A stretch of DNA of 64,000 bases from Thalia democratica (taxonomy: Eukaryota), in assembly GCA_965202585.1 (NCBI GenBank), contig OZ241827.1, positions 74,400,001-74,464,000 of the forward strand. The letters are read 5' to 3'. A program made the position numbers and the translations under genes. The notes beneath the pieces were generated by a model, which ran no database searches, had not been told where the DNA came from, and saw only the letters and a list, made by a program, of their open reading frames with translations. Below are positions 32,901 through 47,293 of the stretch, one piece after another. The stretch's first letter is position 1, and each line of letters opens with the position of its first letter.

Positions 32901-35719
32901 CTTTGATTATTTCCGTGTATAAGTTCAATTTAAAGATTCTTGTTTAATGGTTTAATGAAAAATTTATGAAGGAAAATTAATTTTAGCGTACACAACTCTT
33001 AACTCATGAAGCTTAACCTTTAGCCTTTAAATTAACCTGTAGCCTTTAACCCTAAATCCCTAATACAGAAAAAAGCTTTTGTGTAGTTATGACGCATTTA
33101 ATAAAAATAGTTTTATTTAATATTTCACTAAAACGTTACCAAAATAAACTTAGATAGTTGTAACGATTCAAAACAATTCACTATAAAAAATTTTAGTGAA
33201 ATTTAGTAAGTGTTGTAAAATAAGTTTTTATTTGTAGATTAATCGTATGTTATAAGATTTTTTCAAAACTTTTATTTAAAAGTTAGTTGTATTGTGCTCT
33301 AATAATAAAAAGTTTTCGCTGTTTTTAAACACTTTTATGATACAATACACTAAAAAATATTAAGTCTACTTAGACAGTACTTCAAAGTACTTTAAAATGA
33401 AGCTAAGTGTCCTTAAATAACTTTATTAGAAGTTCATTGGTTAAGTATAACATTCAAAATTATCAAGTTTAAGTTTTAATAATAAAGTAATGAAATTGTA
33501 TATAAAAAGTTTTATGAGCATTTACTTTACTGTTTAAATTTGGAATATTTTGTTTTAAAATTTTTCAAATAAACTATTATAGATATTTTTGAATAAATGC
33601 TTAGATTTTTTAAATATAAACAAGCTATTTGTAATAATTAAAGTAAACAGTCGAATTAATAAAACATATTAAGCAAATATATTTAAAATTGCATATTTGT
33701 TCAATGTTTTTCTGTACTAAATAAATTAAATTAACTCGTTTGCCCAAAAAAAAAACAGATAACTAGTTTTGTCTTTACAAAACTATTATAGATTTATTTT
33801 TATAAAACTAAAACTTTTATACTTTTTGATTAGTTAACTAAGTAATTTAGAACGCTTTTTTCTTAAACAAAGTGTTAAACTAAAAAATAAATAAGTACAC
33901 CGTGAGAAAATCTTTGTACTCACTTGATTATGACGTAATAAAAGTAGTCTGACAACATAGTGATGAGGTATTATAGAAACATCCAAACGACCCATGTACT
34001 ATTGTTCAAGATATTAGATACTTTGTAAAAAAACTATAATACTTTTTACTTTAACTAGAAAATACTCTAAACATTAACAATCTTAACTTTTTAAGGATTT
34101 CATAGAAAAACACAGAATTCTCAAAGATTGAAATGTGATCTAAACGTCAAGTAACAAAAACCAAACATGTAGTAAAACTGTAGCCAAATATGTACACTAG
34201 TACATGTTATTTAAGTAAAAACACTAAACACTGTAGTTTACTTAATAAAACAACTATGCAAATACTTTGTTTCAGTTTATATTTTCTAATTTCAAATAAA
34301 TAAATAAACAATAAATAAATGAACACTGATCATTAAAGGCCCATAAAAAACCAATGTATCTAATTAAAATATATCTATCAATGAAATTGACACCTTAAAC
34401 AAACACTAAATTGCTGCTCAATTCCCAACAACAAACTGTTGGAATGACATTGGAGCACTTGAGCTTGAAATGAAAAAAGAAGGGCTTTTCACAAAATCAA
34501 TAAGTTGCCATGCGGTATACGCGTTCTACTCACTATTTGTTTTCATTCACTTATCTCTACAGCTGATACTTTCGTTTTATCAATTGCCTTTTGGTTTGAG
34601 TCACCACAACCTAAATGTCTCCCGTCGGTTTTAAGCGAAGTGTAAAAACCCTGCATTTTTGCTAGTATAGACTGTTTAAATTTTTTTTAGAAAAATTTTG
34701 CGTAGTTTTTTAGCATACATTAAGTAGTTACAATTGTTGATAACTGTAGTTTTGTATGTTTACTTTTTTTTATATTGTGTACAAGACCATTGATTTTGAA
34801 TAAAATTTGCTTATTTAACTTAAAGCAGTCTTTTTATTGCCAAATAAAGTAAAAAGAAGAAAGTAATTGAAAAGTTTAGCTCGTTTATGGCTCAATTAAT
34901 TACAATGGAATTAATTTGATTGTCGTTTATTTTTCCCTACAATTAATGCGTATAAATTTTCAAAAGCAGTAAAAAATTACGTAACCTTTGTAACTAGTTT
35001 ACTAAAAACAAATAAAATAACAACTTTCTTATTTTTACAACCTTTTGAAATTACATTTTTGAACATGTAGTACTTTCAATCTATTTTTTAATTTGCGCTA
35101 AAAGTAAGTTAAAACTTCTACTATAAGTGAAGTGATATTGTAAATATTTTGAAATGATAACGTTTTGTAAATTATTTTTTTTGCAATGTCAAAAGCTAAA
35201 ATCAAAAAAACTTCTAGTAATTTATGAAATAAAATTTGAAACTTTGAAAATATCAAAACAAAACCTTTAATGCTTTTTTATTACTCAAGTAAACCTTATC
35301 ATTATCAATATTGTAATAAAATTATTTTTGATAATTCTATAGCATAAAATAAAGTTTTAATAGTTAAATACCTAAAAAAAATGGTTGTTTGGAATACAAT
35401 GTTTTAACAAAGTACTCAAAAAAAAAACACTTAATATTTATTTAAAGACACGACTTTTAATTTTTAAACACTTACTTTAATGAATTTGCTGAAAAACACA
35501 AAACTACTTTCTAAATTTAACATAAATAGCTTAAAAAAAAATTATTATAAAACAAAAATAAACGTCATTTTCAAAAATCTAACTCACTTTCTCAAAGCTC
35601 TCTGAGCCGTCCAATGAGCTGGTGTTATTTGAATTTCCGGTCTTCTCATTGGCTAGTTTCGGAAGCTTTATTGCAGCCAGCTGGTCGTGGGCCCAGGCCT
35701 TGAACTCCTCAAAATGCAT
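23915..35719 (-). CDS. TRIM36/TRIM46-like tripartite motif E3 ligase (RING, B-box1, B-box2, coiled coil/COS-like, disordered linker, degenerate SPRY-like domain), ~1133 aa; exons 35719-35588, 32843-32684, 31925-31846, 30593-30327, 29762-29671, 29285-29162, 28772-28671, 28319-28171, 27416-27311, 26817-26680, 26457-26336, 26064-25937, 25716-23915
   Basis: RING LCPNCQNVYKHPVKLPCQHSMCYGCA...CPACNENIELPLGGFTSLLRNVGLERVVERF. B-box1 CTYCAPPPRAATKTCVDCSMHFCNVCFKEVHIWNTKKAQH. B-box2 CQQHPKETVTWYCDTCQKTICHRCK...H. These closely follow my recollection of TRIM36/46 sequences. All 12 introns are GT-AG with matching phases, and the total is 3402 nt. The first exon (MHFEEFKAWAHDQ...) is assigned by phase and donor only. 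Confidence 0.82.
30199..30300. repeat. Degenerate (AAT/GAT/AAC)n trinucleotide low-complexity tract in a TRIM intron
   Basis: TATGATAATGATAATAACAATAGTAATAATTATGATAATAAG...AATAACAATAATAAG, directly inside the intron after the donor at 30326. Confidence 0.7.
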
Positions 35720-38342
35720 CAACAATTTGTTAACATAAAGCTGAAAAAACGTGTTACGTATATGAATAACAATATTTCGTTTATTTTGTTTTGTGAGTTT
35801 CTAGGTTCAAAAAAATTCAAATTGACTTTTAGGTTCGATTTTCAGCAAGTTATTGAGCTTTATTTACAAACTAAGTCTACATTGATGTTCAAATACTAGT
35901 TTGATTAAAGTTTTACTAGTTTGTAAGAGCCAAAATATTTATACTTAGAAAATAATTGATTTTTGTTTCATTTTTGACTTAGTTGTCTTTTTAGTAGCAT
36001 TTAAAAGACAAATTGTGTAAAACTCAAATTAATAATTGAAAGCTTAGGAAGAAGACAGATAATGGCTGGCAAAGTTTTGCTTAATGTGGCCCACATACAA
36101 AAGTTATTGATAAAATTTATCCAAAAGAGATAAATATTTTATGTTAAACCTACCTACACTTATTTTACAACTATATATAAAAATGCTATATTAAAAGTAT
36201 GTAAAAATAAAAACTTTAGAAATTTTTCTTTCTCATTTAAACTAATACTTTATTAAAGTATGCTTTTGTAAAACGCACCTAAACATATTATAGCAAGTTT
36301 TACAAAATTTAATTTAGTAACATACAAGCGTATAGTTATAAAGTTTATGTTGATAAAGTACATTTCATAAACAAAATAATTGCAAAATAGTTCTGTGAAT
36401 ATTAGTTAACAAAAATTAAAAAAAAAATTGTAGCTAAAGCTAAGAAAAAAATAATTAAAGACAAGCACATAATCTGTTTTGTATTGGAATAAAATAAAAA
36501 CAGTACTTAAGCTTTGAAAAACAGACAAACAAATTAAAAAAAAAGCCAGTTGTAGAACTGTTAAAAATGTAAAAAAAACTAGTGTTCTAAATATAAAATT
36601 AAGGTATACACTGCCTAAACACATTGAGTTAAGCTTTTTCTTATTATTATGATAACTAGCAAGTGAAAAATTAAGTTCTGATAAAGGCTAAAATTTTAAT
36701 GAAGTAGTCAATTTTGTGTTTTAGAAACCTTAAATTTATTTAAAAATTTTGAATAAGTACAATTAGACCAACAAACAATTTTCAAGATATTTAGTTTGTT
36801 AAAATCTTACATGTACATGTAGCTAAATTGAAAATCATTCAGCAAATTTTTATTTTATGATTTAAAATAGTTCAATAAATAATTGAAGTGTTGTTTATTT
36901 TACTTTATGATTAACAAAGGTTTAACAAAAGTTAGGCATGAAAAAAGAAACAACTTGAGTTGTTACAAAGTAACTTTTTAACAAAACAGTTAAGTTGCAT
37001 TAACAGCTTTTAAAATTGTGTTGAACTGGAAAAAATTGCTACTACATACTCAAGAAATAGCAGTCTATAAAACGTATGTGTAACTAAGTTTATATAAGTT
37101 CAGCAGACTTAAAGTTCAACTCAATACTGTTACAACTTTAATTTTATAACAGATAAATTAGTTAATACTTTACTTGATAAGTTACTTCAGTGAACTAATA
37201 ATCTATCATGCTTAAAGTGAATGTTTATGTATAGGCAAGAGAAATAAGAGCATATAAAAACCTGCTAAGCAAGTTGTGTATGGCACTTGAATTTCTTGAA
37301 AAACTTTGAAAAGTTGTTATGTTTTATTGGATTTATATTTATGTTATGAAACTAAATTTCTAGTAAAACAGCTTCTAAATTGCTTACTGTTATTTGTGCT
37401 GAAAAGTTGATTTTAGTATAATTTTAAGTTGCTTATTTATAATATGAGTGCTACTAATAGCACACTAATAATAAGAATAAGTAACTAAATTATAAATATC
37501 ATCAATTATTTGAACATGATGCAATATTGTCTAACAATTAAAAAAAAAAAGTAAACAACAAAAATAAGACTGTCAAAAACTAAATCAATTACAATTTTTA
37601 TGTGTCCAATACAATACTTTAAGAAATTTAAAAAACAATTCATTTATTAAGCTTCTAACATGTGTATGCTACTTTAAATTAATTTATAGCAAAAAAATAT
37701 TGAGAATTAAAAGTTACTTGGCTATCCTATTATTTTGAATAATTAAATATTTTTAAACCACATTACAATCAGTATTTGTTAAGCTAAGTAGCAATAATTT
37801 TTAAAATAAAATGTTTCTTAATTATTTTGTTTAATGAAAAGCAATTAAATGTCAGATGAAGGTCAAACAAGTAATATTACAAAATGTTAAAGCATAATTT
37901 TTAGTTCACTAAAAGCCATAGAACAAAAATAAAAAAGTAATATTTGATAAAAAACTGTCAAAATTACTTAATATACTTTAATACAACTTTAAACAAACAA
38001 TGCAATACACAAAAAATGCCCCAACAAGAATTGAACAAAAAATAATCAAAAACTAACAAATTTCTCAAGAAAACTAAAATCCTATAAACTTGTTCAAAAT
38101 TTTATAACTACAATTACTTATAACAATCAAATTACGACTCTGAACAAGCAAAATCCAAGTTAAACAAAAGTTAAAATAAAAATTCATCAAAAAAACTCAA
38201 AAACTCAAAAGAAATCAAAAAATTAAGCTTTAAATACAAAATGATTTATAAAACAAGTAATAATTATTCTTAATATAATTAAATTAAAACTTCAAACTCG
38301 CAAACTACAAGCTAAAAAAGAATAAAATGAATTTTGCCAAAA

Positions 38343-38605
38343 ACTTACTAACTTCTCAAGAAAAGTTCAAGAAAAAACTGCAACTATAAGCAAGCGCGCC
38401 AAGCTGAATGATCAGCATTACTCAATCAGTAGAACGCGTGTGAGCCGCATCTCAATTCTCAACACTTTATCGACCAATGAGAAACAAGCATTTCTGTTTT
38501 GGTTCTGCCTCAGCTGTTTTGAAACGATTCATTTGTGACGTGATAATAAGTTTTTTGTTGTAGAAGCGAGCCGATGATAGAAAACAAACACACGTGTGCC
38601 AATAT
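38343..38605 (-). promoter_or_regulatory. Putative promoter / 5'UTR exon of the TRIM gene
   Basis: CpG-containing island in AT-rich DNA with CCAAT (38474-38478), TGTGACGTG, CACGTG (38591-38596) and ACGCGT. There is a minus-strand GTAAGT donor at 38348-38343 and a 5'UTR acceptor at 35741-35742 upstream of the TRIM ATG. Confidence 0.35.
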
Positions 38606-40467
38606 ATTTAAGTAAATATACTCAAGTATATGTTTGTTTTTTAAGTTGTAAGTTTAAAACTTTGAACAAATAAAGTAGCACAAAGTATGTTTAAAGTTTA
38701 TTTTTGTCTTGACACTGTCTTATAATCACTTATAAAAGTTAAAAATGAAAACTTAGTACTGGAATAAATTAAGTTAATGACACTATACTTGATTATAATT
38801 AATTTATAAGCTTTGTTATATTTACTGTAAAATAAAATTCAAAAAAATCACTACTTTTTGAAAACACGTTTAGTATTTTTCAAACTATAATAAAATGCTA
38901 GCTAGATATAACAAGTATACAATTTCTTTGCTTACTATAGAAAGAAAAAGTTATATAAACATTATTTAAAATAAACTTTTGTTTTAAAAGTATAAACCCT
39001 AAACTAAAAATAGCTTTCAAGTATATTTGAAGTTGATATTTTTCTTTAGGTTGTTTTACAACAACTAAAAAAGTAGTAACAGAATTAGCAATTAAATATT
39101 TAAAATGTTTTATGTTTTGTACATTATTATTTTTAGTTTTCTAACTTAATTAAGACTATTCTTTTCAATAATATTCAATAAAAGCTTGTTTTAGTAACTA
39201 ATTAAATAATTGATGCAAGCAACCTAATTAACCTTTATATTGATTTCAATTAAACTAGACTGGTAGCTTGTTAAAAAAAACCGGTTAGTCGAATTAAAAA
39301 TGCGATTGTTTATATATATATATATATTTAATGACATTTTTTTCAAAAATATCATGTAGATAAACAGTGTTCAAAACCTAATTTCTCAAACTTTGTTAGA
39401 CAGTAAACACAGCTATTTTAGATAACAAACAAAATCATACGTTTAAAAAAAATATTTTCTTAAACAAAGCTGAATTTTATAAAATTTGCTCATATTTTTA
39501 ACAAACCGAGTTTAGATGAATATTAAAGCCGGCACAAAAGACCTATTAAGCAGCAAATGAAAGATAAACTGCTGCTGTCTTAAGTACGTCATAATAAGCT
39601 AGCTGCCTTTTATATCGCTAAACTAAATGTCGATTTTTTCTCATAGACATTAGCGTTTAGCGTTCGAAAAAAAATTTTGCTTGTAAGCCCTTTTCTCTCA
39701 AAATAGATCATTTTTGCAATTTTTAAGTGTTAAATGCTTTAAGTTAGGTCACGTTAAAAGCCATTAAAAAATAATTAGATATATATTTAATATTATACAG
39801 TATTGTGTACTATTTGTGCAATTTATGCAGTATTGTGCAATTTTATTTTCTAACTAAAACAAAGACAATTTTCAATGCAGTTTCTAGTTTTAGTCTGGAA
39901 TATCCAAAACATTCTAAAAACAACAAAATTAAATCAATAAATAAACTTCTGTCTACAATTTTTTTATACTAGATAGCAAAAGAAACATACTGGTGTATAA
40001 TTTAGGAAAACGTCTTTACAATAGTCTCTCTATTAATCAAACATAAACAATTGATTTTTATGTAAAAATTAAACTGACAATAAACAAAAAATGCGGAAAC
40101 AACACTACCTAGTTTAAATTTAATTAAACACCGGAACTAAAAACATGCTTGTTTAATGAAGACAAAGCAGATTTTTTAAGAAACGTGTCAAGTACAACTA
40201 AGTGTTATACTGAATTATAAAAAGAAAATCATGTCAGTTTTATTGGAATAAAAAATCAAACTTTACATTTTCTTTGAAACTTTTGACACTTACCGGTTTA
40301 TAACTTCCTGTTTTTCAAGTTTTGTCTCACTACAAACTCACTTTTGAGCTTTCAGAAGCTGGATTTAATGGTGTGACTTACAAAAACTTAATGTAACAAG
40401 TGAGAGAAATTAACTAGTTAAATGAATTAAACATTAAGGATGTTTTTTAAGTCTGTTTGGTTGAACA

Positions 40468-40938
40468 AATACTATTAAGATATTGTATTTAGTTCACTAA
40501 GTTGTTGTTATAATTCAACTATCCTACAAGATAAGTGTATTATGCTGTTTTCTTAAGTCGTGACATTTGTATTACAACAAGTAACACTAGTACTTCGAAA
40601 ATAAAAAAAAAATAAAAATTTCAACACTTTTATTTTATTATTATTACAGAGAGCTCTGTGCAAAAAAATACAAAACATCAAAAAGCAAACTAGCTAGTGT
40701 TACTTGTTGTAATACAAATGTCACGACTTAAGAAAACAGCACAACATACTTATCTTGTAGGATAGTTTAATTGTAACAACAACTTAGTAAACTAAATACA
40801 ATATCTTAATAGTATTAGCTTTTAAACACTCTTTGATAAAAACTTTTTGATGTTTTGTATTTTTTTTTGCACAGAGCTCTCTGTAATAATAATAAAATAA
40901 AAAAGTTGAAATTTTTATTATTATTTTATTTTTCGAAG
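40468..40938. repeat. Two interleaved inverted repeats: A 40468-40590 / A' 40694-40816; B 40593-40685 / B' 40843-40938
   Basis: A' is the reverse complement of A with 6 mismatches in 123 nt (first 48 nt perfect, by my manual alignment). B' is the reverse complement of B with small indels in homopolymer runs. Confidence 0.92.
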
Positions 40939-43900
40939 AATTAGTTTCAAAATGTTATGTCAAAACTAAATAAATATTTGTTTTAAAGATTTGTCTTGAA
41001 ATAAGCTGTCAGTTACATTAATGTCTGTAATTTTAAGGTGTTTTTCTATTGAAATGTCTGAATTCAACCACACAAAGGTTCAACTTTGTAAATCTTGTTT
41101 TGTAAAAACAACATCTAAAAACTTTACTATTTTCAATGTTTTGTTTTTTATTTTATATTACTTATTTTAAATATCTATACCAAACTCGATAAAAGCTAGA
41201 AGGATTTATAAAATAGTAACAATATTTAACTTACATATTAAAGAGAAATAATTGCTTTATATCAAAAAATAGTAAAACTTTTCAAAGACTTACTAAAATT
41301 CTTATAAATATGACTGCTCTGAATTTTTGGATTATATGCTTTCGTTTTTTATTACAAAGATTTTTTTCTAAATGTCAATTTATGTATATCTATTTAAATT
41401 TTTTTCTGTAACAGTTATTAAAATGGGAATAAATATAAACGCTAAAAAAGTAATTTTTATGTTATTAAAAAGTTTCTTTGTACTGAAAGAACGATGATCA
41501 GGTACAAAAAACCTTAGAATATTTAACAAACATGCTAAAATACAGAAACTAATAGAAATTTGAGAAACTTTATGTTTTTATAATTCTTTTGTACTAAACT
41601 TTTACAGTAAACTAAATTTCGTAAATTGTTTAAAAATTAATAAAACTCAAATAAAAAACATTAAAGTTTGCAGTAAAGTTTTGAGTTTTATCCACAGCAG
41701 AGTGGTTCTAGAAAAAAACCTAAAACATTTTTAACTGTTTGTTTAAACTTCAGATATTACTATAACTCTTTGTACCAATACATATAAATTTAAAAAAATC
41801 AGGTTAACACTAAATAAAATCTTGTTTGTTTAAATTAAACACAAGTAAAAATATAAAACAGTTTGTTTATAAATAAATTTAACTTGTTCTCACTTTTTTT
41901 ACTAATGCTAGCAATATAAGTTTATTTAGCACAAACAATCGTTAAATTTGTAATAACTTAAATTCAGCATACAAGCTACCGAAGCTAGATTTTTCTTGGC
42001 CAAAATCCAAACTTTAATTTTAGCCTGAAATTTAAGCTAAAAGTGAAACAAAAGTTGTAAACAAAAAATTTAAATTTGGCAAGTTTTGCACTAAAAAACT
42101 AGTAGAGGTTTACTGTAATGTTAAAATAATTTACTTTAACATTAATATATGCTTATTTACACACAAAGAAGTTCTTATTTGTCATAAAATAAACTTTACT
42201 TATATGTAAGTTTTGAAAAAAACTTTATTTTGAATAACACAGTGAGCTAGATATAAAGAGTTTTAACTTTTTTCTTTTAATGAAAGAAGTAAAAAGGTAA
42301 AACTGTTTACATTTTAATATCTAAAGCTTAGTTACGTATTTGTTCAAGAATTAAGATATGTAATATTATACAACTTTAATGTTAAGGTCTTTAAAAGGTA
42401 AATATTTAGAAAAAAAGTAAACTTCATAGTTCATATATCTTATTTTTTATTTTATTTTAGGCTAAATTCATTGGTAATAGGATATACGTGTTAAAGCGTA
42501 AAAATAATATTTGTTGAAAATTTAAGAAAATTACCTAGTCTTAAATCAAATATTTACAGCACATAAAGTTTGATAGTGGTATCAGGCTTAAAATTTACTC
42601 GATTTATCCTGCTTAATTTACTCACTTCATATTTCCTGAAATTAATTATTTTATTTTTTTTTGCAAAAAATATTTTAAATACGTCTAGTCTAGACCCATA
42701 TGTTGTGTAAACTAAAAAAAAATTAACCAAACTTAACTCCTTTTTAGTAGTTTGTGTTTTATTCGTCTTTCCTCTATTAGTTTTATAAAGCATGTTTACA
42801 ATTAGTTTTTCAAATACTTGAAAAAAAAATAATTTGATACATTAAAGCTCAAGGCAAACAAATTTTAATTTCTTGTTATTTATCTTAAATAATAATTTAT
42901 CTCTATTTTATATACCAAAAAATAATATTCTTTAACACAACATTAAATACTTTTCTGATTAAGTTCGAAACTAATAAACAATTCAAATGAAAAACAGACT
43001 TTATCACTAACTAAAATTAGTATAAAAAAAAACTGTTCAATTAAAAAAAAAATGTTATAAGTGCTTTCACTTACTGAGCATATTGAATTTCTATTGAAGA
43101 TAAGACATAAAAGTAAAGAGAAAAAGGCAACTGCAATAAAAAAAATGCAGTAAAAGGATTGTTGATTGATGCTTGCAAAATTAAAACTAAAGTTTTTTTT
43201 CACCTAACGAAAAAGTAAAAACTTTATATAAAACTATAGTACAAAACTTAGTTTTTATAAACCGTATTAGAATAAAAAAACATTTATTAGAAAAAAATTA
43301 GCAAAAGTTAATTTAAACTTAACTATAAGTTATTATAAAAAAAAAACTATTACATCTTTAGTACAAGCAAAATTTAAATTTTACTTAGAATTTAATTGTT
43401 AATATGAAGCAAATAAAAACTGCATTGAAAATATTTTACAATCAGATAAGCGATACTGCGCACACAAAAGACTTATTAAGCTTTAAGTGGATATAAATTA
43501 CTATAATTTCCATTTCATTATAGTTACGTCATAAATATCATCTTTATATTTTCCACTTTAAACTTAGATGTAGCAGCCCTTAATTTATCTTTTTAAGTTT
43601 TATTTAGGTTAAAAAATTGTAGGAACATACAGAAAAACTTTATGTTTAAAACGCTAAGTTACCTTTTTAACAAATAAACCTACCTAAAAGGTTGTAAAGG
43701 AAAAAAAAAGCTTTTTTTAATTAGTGACTCCTTTATAACCTAAAATTCGTGAAAAACAGAAAGCTAATAAATAAAAGTATTTTTACGACTAGTAGTCATT
43801 TTAAACTAGAATAATATTATTCAAAAACAAAATTGTAACTAAAAGTAAAATAAAGCTTTCATATTTACAACCTGCTTCTAAAAGTGTGTGTCATTAAATA

Positions 43901-46900
43901 AAAACTTACGAACACATAAATTTTTAGAAGATGTAAATAACAAAAGTTATTTGAGCTAGGTTAAAATAATAAAACGGTTTGTTTTGATAAATTCATAACT
44001 TTATGCTGATATAGTTTCAAAATGTTTAGTAAATATTTTATTACAATCAAGACTTTGTTGGCTTTATTTTTCGATGTTTTAAGTTGTAAAACAATAACGG
44101 ATTCTATTTCTTATTTCAAAAGCTTATAATTACTATCTTAGTTAGGGTTTTTCAAAAATTTTTATTGTTCTAAAAACTCGATCGAAAACCTTTTTAGAAT
44201 TTTTTTACCAAAAAGTTTTTACTTGTACATTTTTAAAGTCACTAATATAGTTTAGCTGCTATAGAAAGTGTAATTTAGTGTGTAGAAGAATTACAATCAT
44301 GACAAAAGTTAAATTGAGTTTATTACTTAACAATTGTTTCACGCTAGAGTGATGATCACAAGTAAAAAAGTAAACAAACTAACAAGTTGCAACGGACAAG
44401 CATTTTATATAGTTTAAGATAAGTAATTAGTTGATTAGGTGATTAGTTAACTAATTAAATTTTAGTAATTTTCAGCAAGATAAATTATCATTAACGTAAT
44501 TGTATAAAGGCTCCTTAAGTGTGAAGCTCTCTGGAAATTTATTGTTAAAACTCCAATATAGAAGAATTACCACTTATAATGTACAGTTTTTCCATTTACA
44601 ACTGTCATACCTTTTTTTCAACAACTCAGATTTTTGTATCAATATTAAATGTCCTGTTGTTACAAAAGTAATCTGAGCCAAAATAACACAGTTTTAAAAA
44701 TGTTTTTAAAATTTTTTTTTACCTCATCTAGTAGTCGATGTTTTATAATTAGATATAATAAACAGCTTTTTAGGAATAATTTACTAAACAAAACGCAATA
44801 AAGCATTTATTAATCTGTCCTTTAATTGAAACCTTTGAATTTTAAATATTCTTCTATAAAACTCTTATACAATCGTTTTAATATATTTAACAGTTTCGCC
44901 AAACTGTTACACAAAAAAGTAACTCAAAACCTTAAATAAGTTTCTCATTTTTTAAAAACTTGCTACTTGTAATAGTTTTGAGTTAAGTTCTTTCCTTAAT
45001 TGGGCATTGTTTTGGTTAAGTTATATCTAAAAAACATAAAAATTAAAAAATTTTAAAACTTAAAACTAAAATTTAGTTTTATACTTTCTCTTTTTAAATT
45101 TTTAGGCAACTTAAGCTCTAACTGGTTCTAGAAAATGCTAAAACTTGATATATTAAAGCAGTTTGAGTTATAATAGAATTAATAACTTGCAGCTAGTACT
45201 TTTTAATTTTGCTAAATTTGAAAAAAACACATAATTTTGTGCAAATTTAACAAGTAAGCAAAAAATCAATAACTTACTTTTATTTATTTTAAGTTAGAAT
45301 TATATGAATGAAAAAAAAAGAAATAAAAATATTAACTTTAAGTAGATCAAGAGTTTTGAATAAATTTTTGCTACTACAAACTAAACATTTTTAAGGTACT
45401 TTGTTTTGTAAGTGTTATTCAATAGAACAAACATGTACTGTAAAAGGTTTGAAACTAAGACTGCAATAATAAATTATCAAGTTTATTTACAAAGCTCATG
45501 GACCTATCACTACACAAGCTATAAGCTTATTTTCTAACAACAGTAAATAGACTTATAACCAACTTGACAGATGTAGACACTTAAAATTTGAAATGCTACT
45601 TAAAACCTGTCAAAAATAAATTAAAGGTCTTCATCAAGCTAGTACTTTGCAAACAAAGTTCATTTCAAACCGAAAGATTTTCTAAATAACAGTTTATAAA
45701 AGTAACACTTTTATATACAAACTAGGCAAATTTTAAATTTACAAATACAGTCTTTTGTTTGATAATCCTGTGTGAACGGTTTGTTTATGTGGTTTGAGCT
45801 TTTATTTTGCATGCAGATTACTAAATTTTTGGTAAGCCACAAATATCACCACAAACACATGGTGCTAGAATTCAAAACTTGAATTTAATAGTGGGTGTAA
45901 AATTTTTTGGGTAAGTTTTCACTTGTTTAATCTTTAAAATATTTGAATATTAACTTACAATAAACGATCATGATGAAAGAAATGTTTCTATTTATAGACC
46001 TGCATGTAAACTACATGATTTCGTGTTTAAACAATGTTCTGTTTGTTGTGTTAAAAGAGTTTTTTTATTAAATATCTTTATCTTTCAGTATTCAAAGCTA
46101 TTTGCAAAATTAAAACAGACTTTTGACTTTAACCATTTTGGTAAAAGTATAATTCTTGTAGTTAGAAGAAACTTAATTACGTTTATATGTAAAATAATAA
46201 AAAACTCACCAATACACTAAACCTTTGTTTTAGGTTTTATTCTTTAATTGACATATTAAGTGTAAAAAAAAAAAAAACTATTACAGCTACTAAACACCAC
46301 CACTTTTATGCATTATATTCAGAAGTGTTAAGTTAATGTTACTTTGTATTTTTTTATAGGTTTAGTAAATGTTTTTTAACTTCTACTACAAAGTAAACCT
46401 CTTTATAAAATCAACAAAAAATTCTATAACGTTTTGTTTCTTATTTTGTTAAAGTTTGTTAAAAAACTTATTTTCGTAACAAAAAATTTCAATCTTGTAA
46501 ACTGTAAAAGAAAATTAGTTACTCATTGTAATTTATAACAACAAAGCTTTGATAAAGCTTATTTATACTAATGGTTGTTAAGTTTTTTATCAACTTTTAA
46601 ATATGATAAGTTTGTTAGACTGTTCTACTTTATGTATTTTTTTTAATATGTTTAAGTGCTTATTAATTAAAAGATTGTTAATTATTTCCAAACAACAAAA
46701 GTATTAATCAATTTAAAAACAATGTAGTGCAATGAAATTACAATAATAAAGAAATATCACATGAATGAGTTTGAGGTTTGATTTCCGATTTGAAACGCAG
46801 ATTAGCAAATTTTCGGTCGATTTCTTTATTTTCAAACATTTCTTTAATCCAACCCACACATTGGCCCTTTTCCAGAACCAAGATAAATTTTTAGCTTGTA

Positions 46901-47293
46901 TTTGGTGAGGTAATTATTGTAAATTCCGTTTTTCTGAACTTTAGAATTGTTCGCAAATTCAAAACAAAGTTTGCTATGGTTTTCTGTAAGCTTATAATGT
47001 ACGGAATACGTAATAATTGACATTTCAAAATCTTAAATCTAAGCTGGGATCTAAATATTTTGATGAATGCGTTTAAGCGCTTAGCCTGGAACTATTTTTT
47101 TAATTCAAAGTCAATCTTTTGAAATCGAAATTTACAAAAAAATAAGTAATTATATTTTAGAACTAGTAGAATAGTCAATTACAAGTTTAAAATTGTTTTT
47201 ATTTTAGCTTAATTTTTGTGTATATTTGTTTCAGGTTTTCGATTAAACCTTTTTGCTTTCTTATTCAAGGATATTAATTCAGTAGCTTTAATA

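Noticed and set aside
34410-34460. Small hairpin (TCCCAACA/TGTTGGAA) as a pre-miRNA
   Set aside because: The stem is too short and bulged, and there is no supporting evidence.
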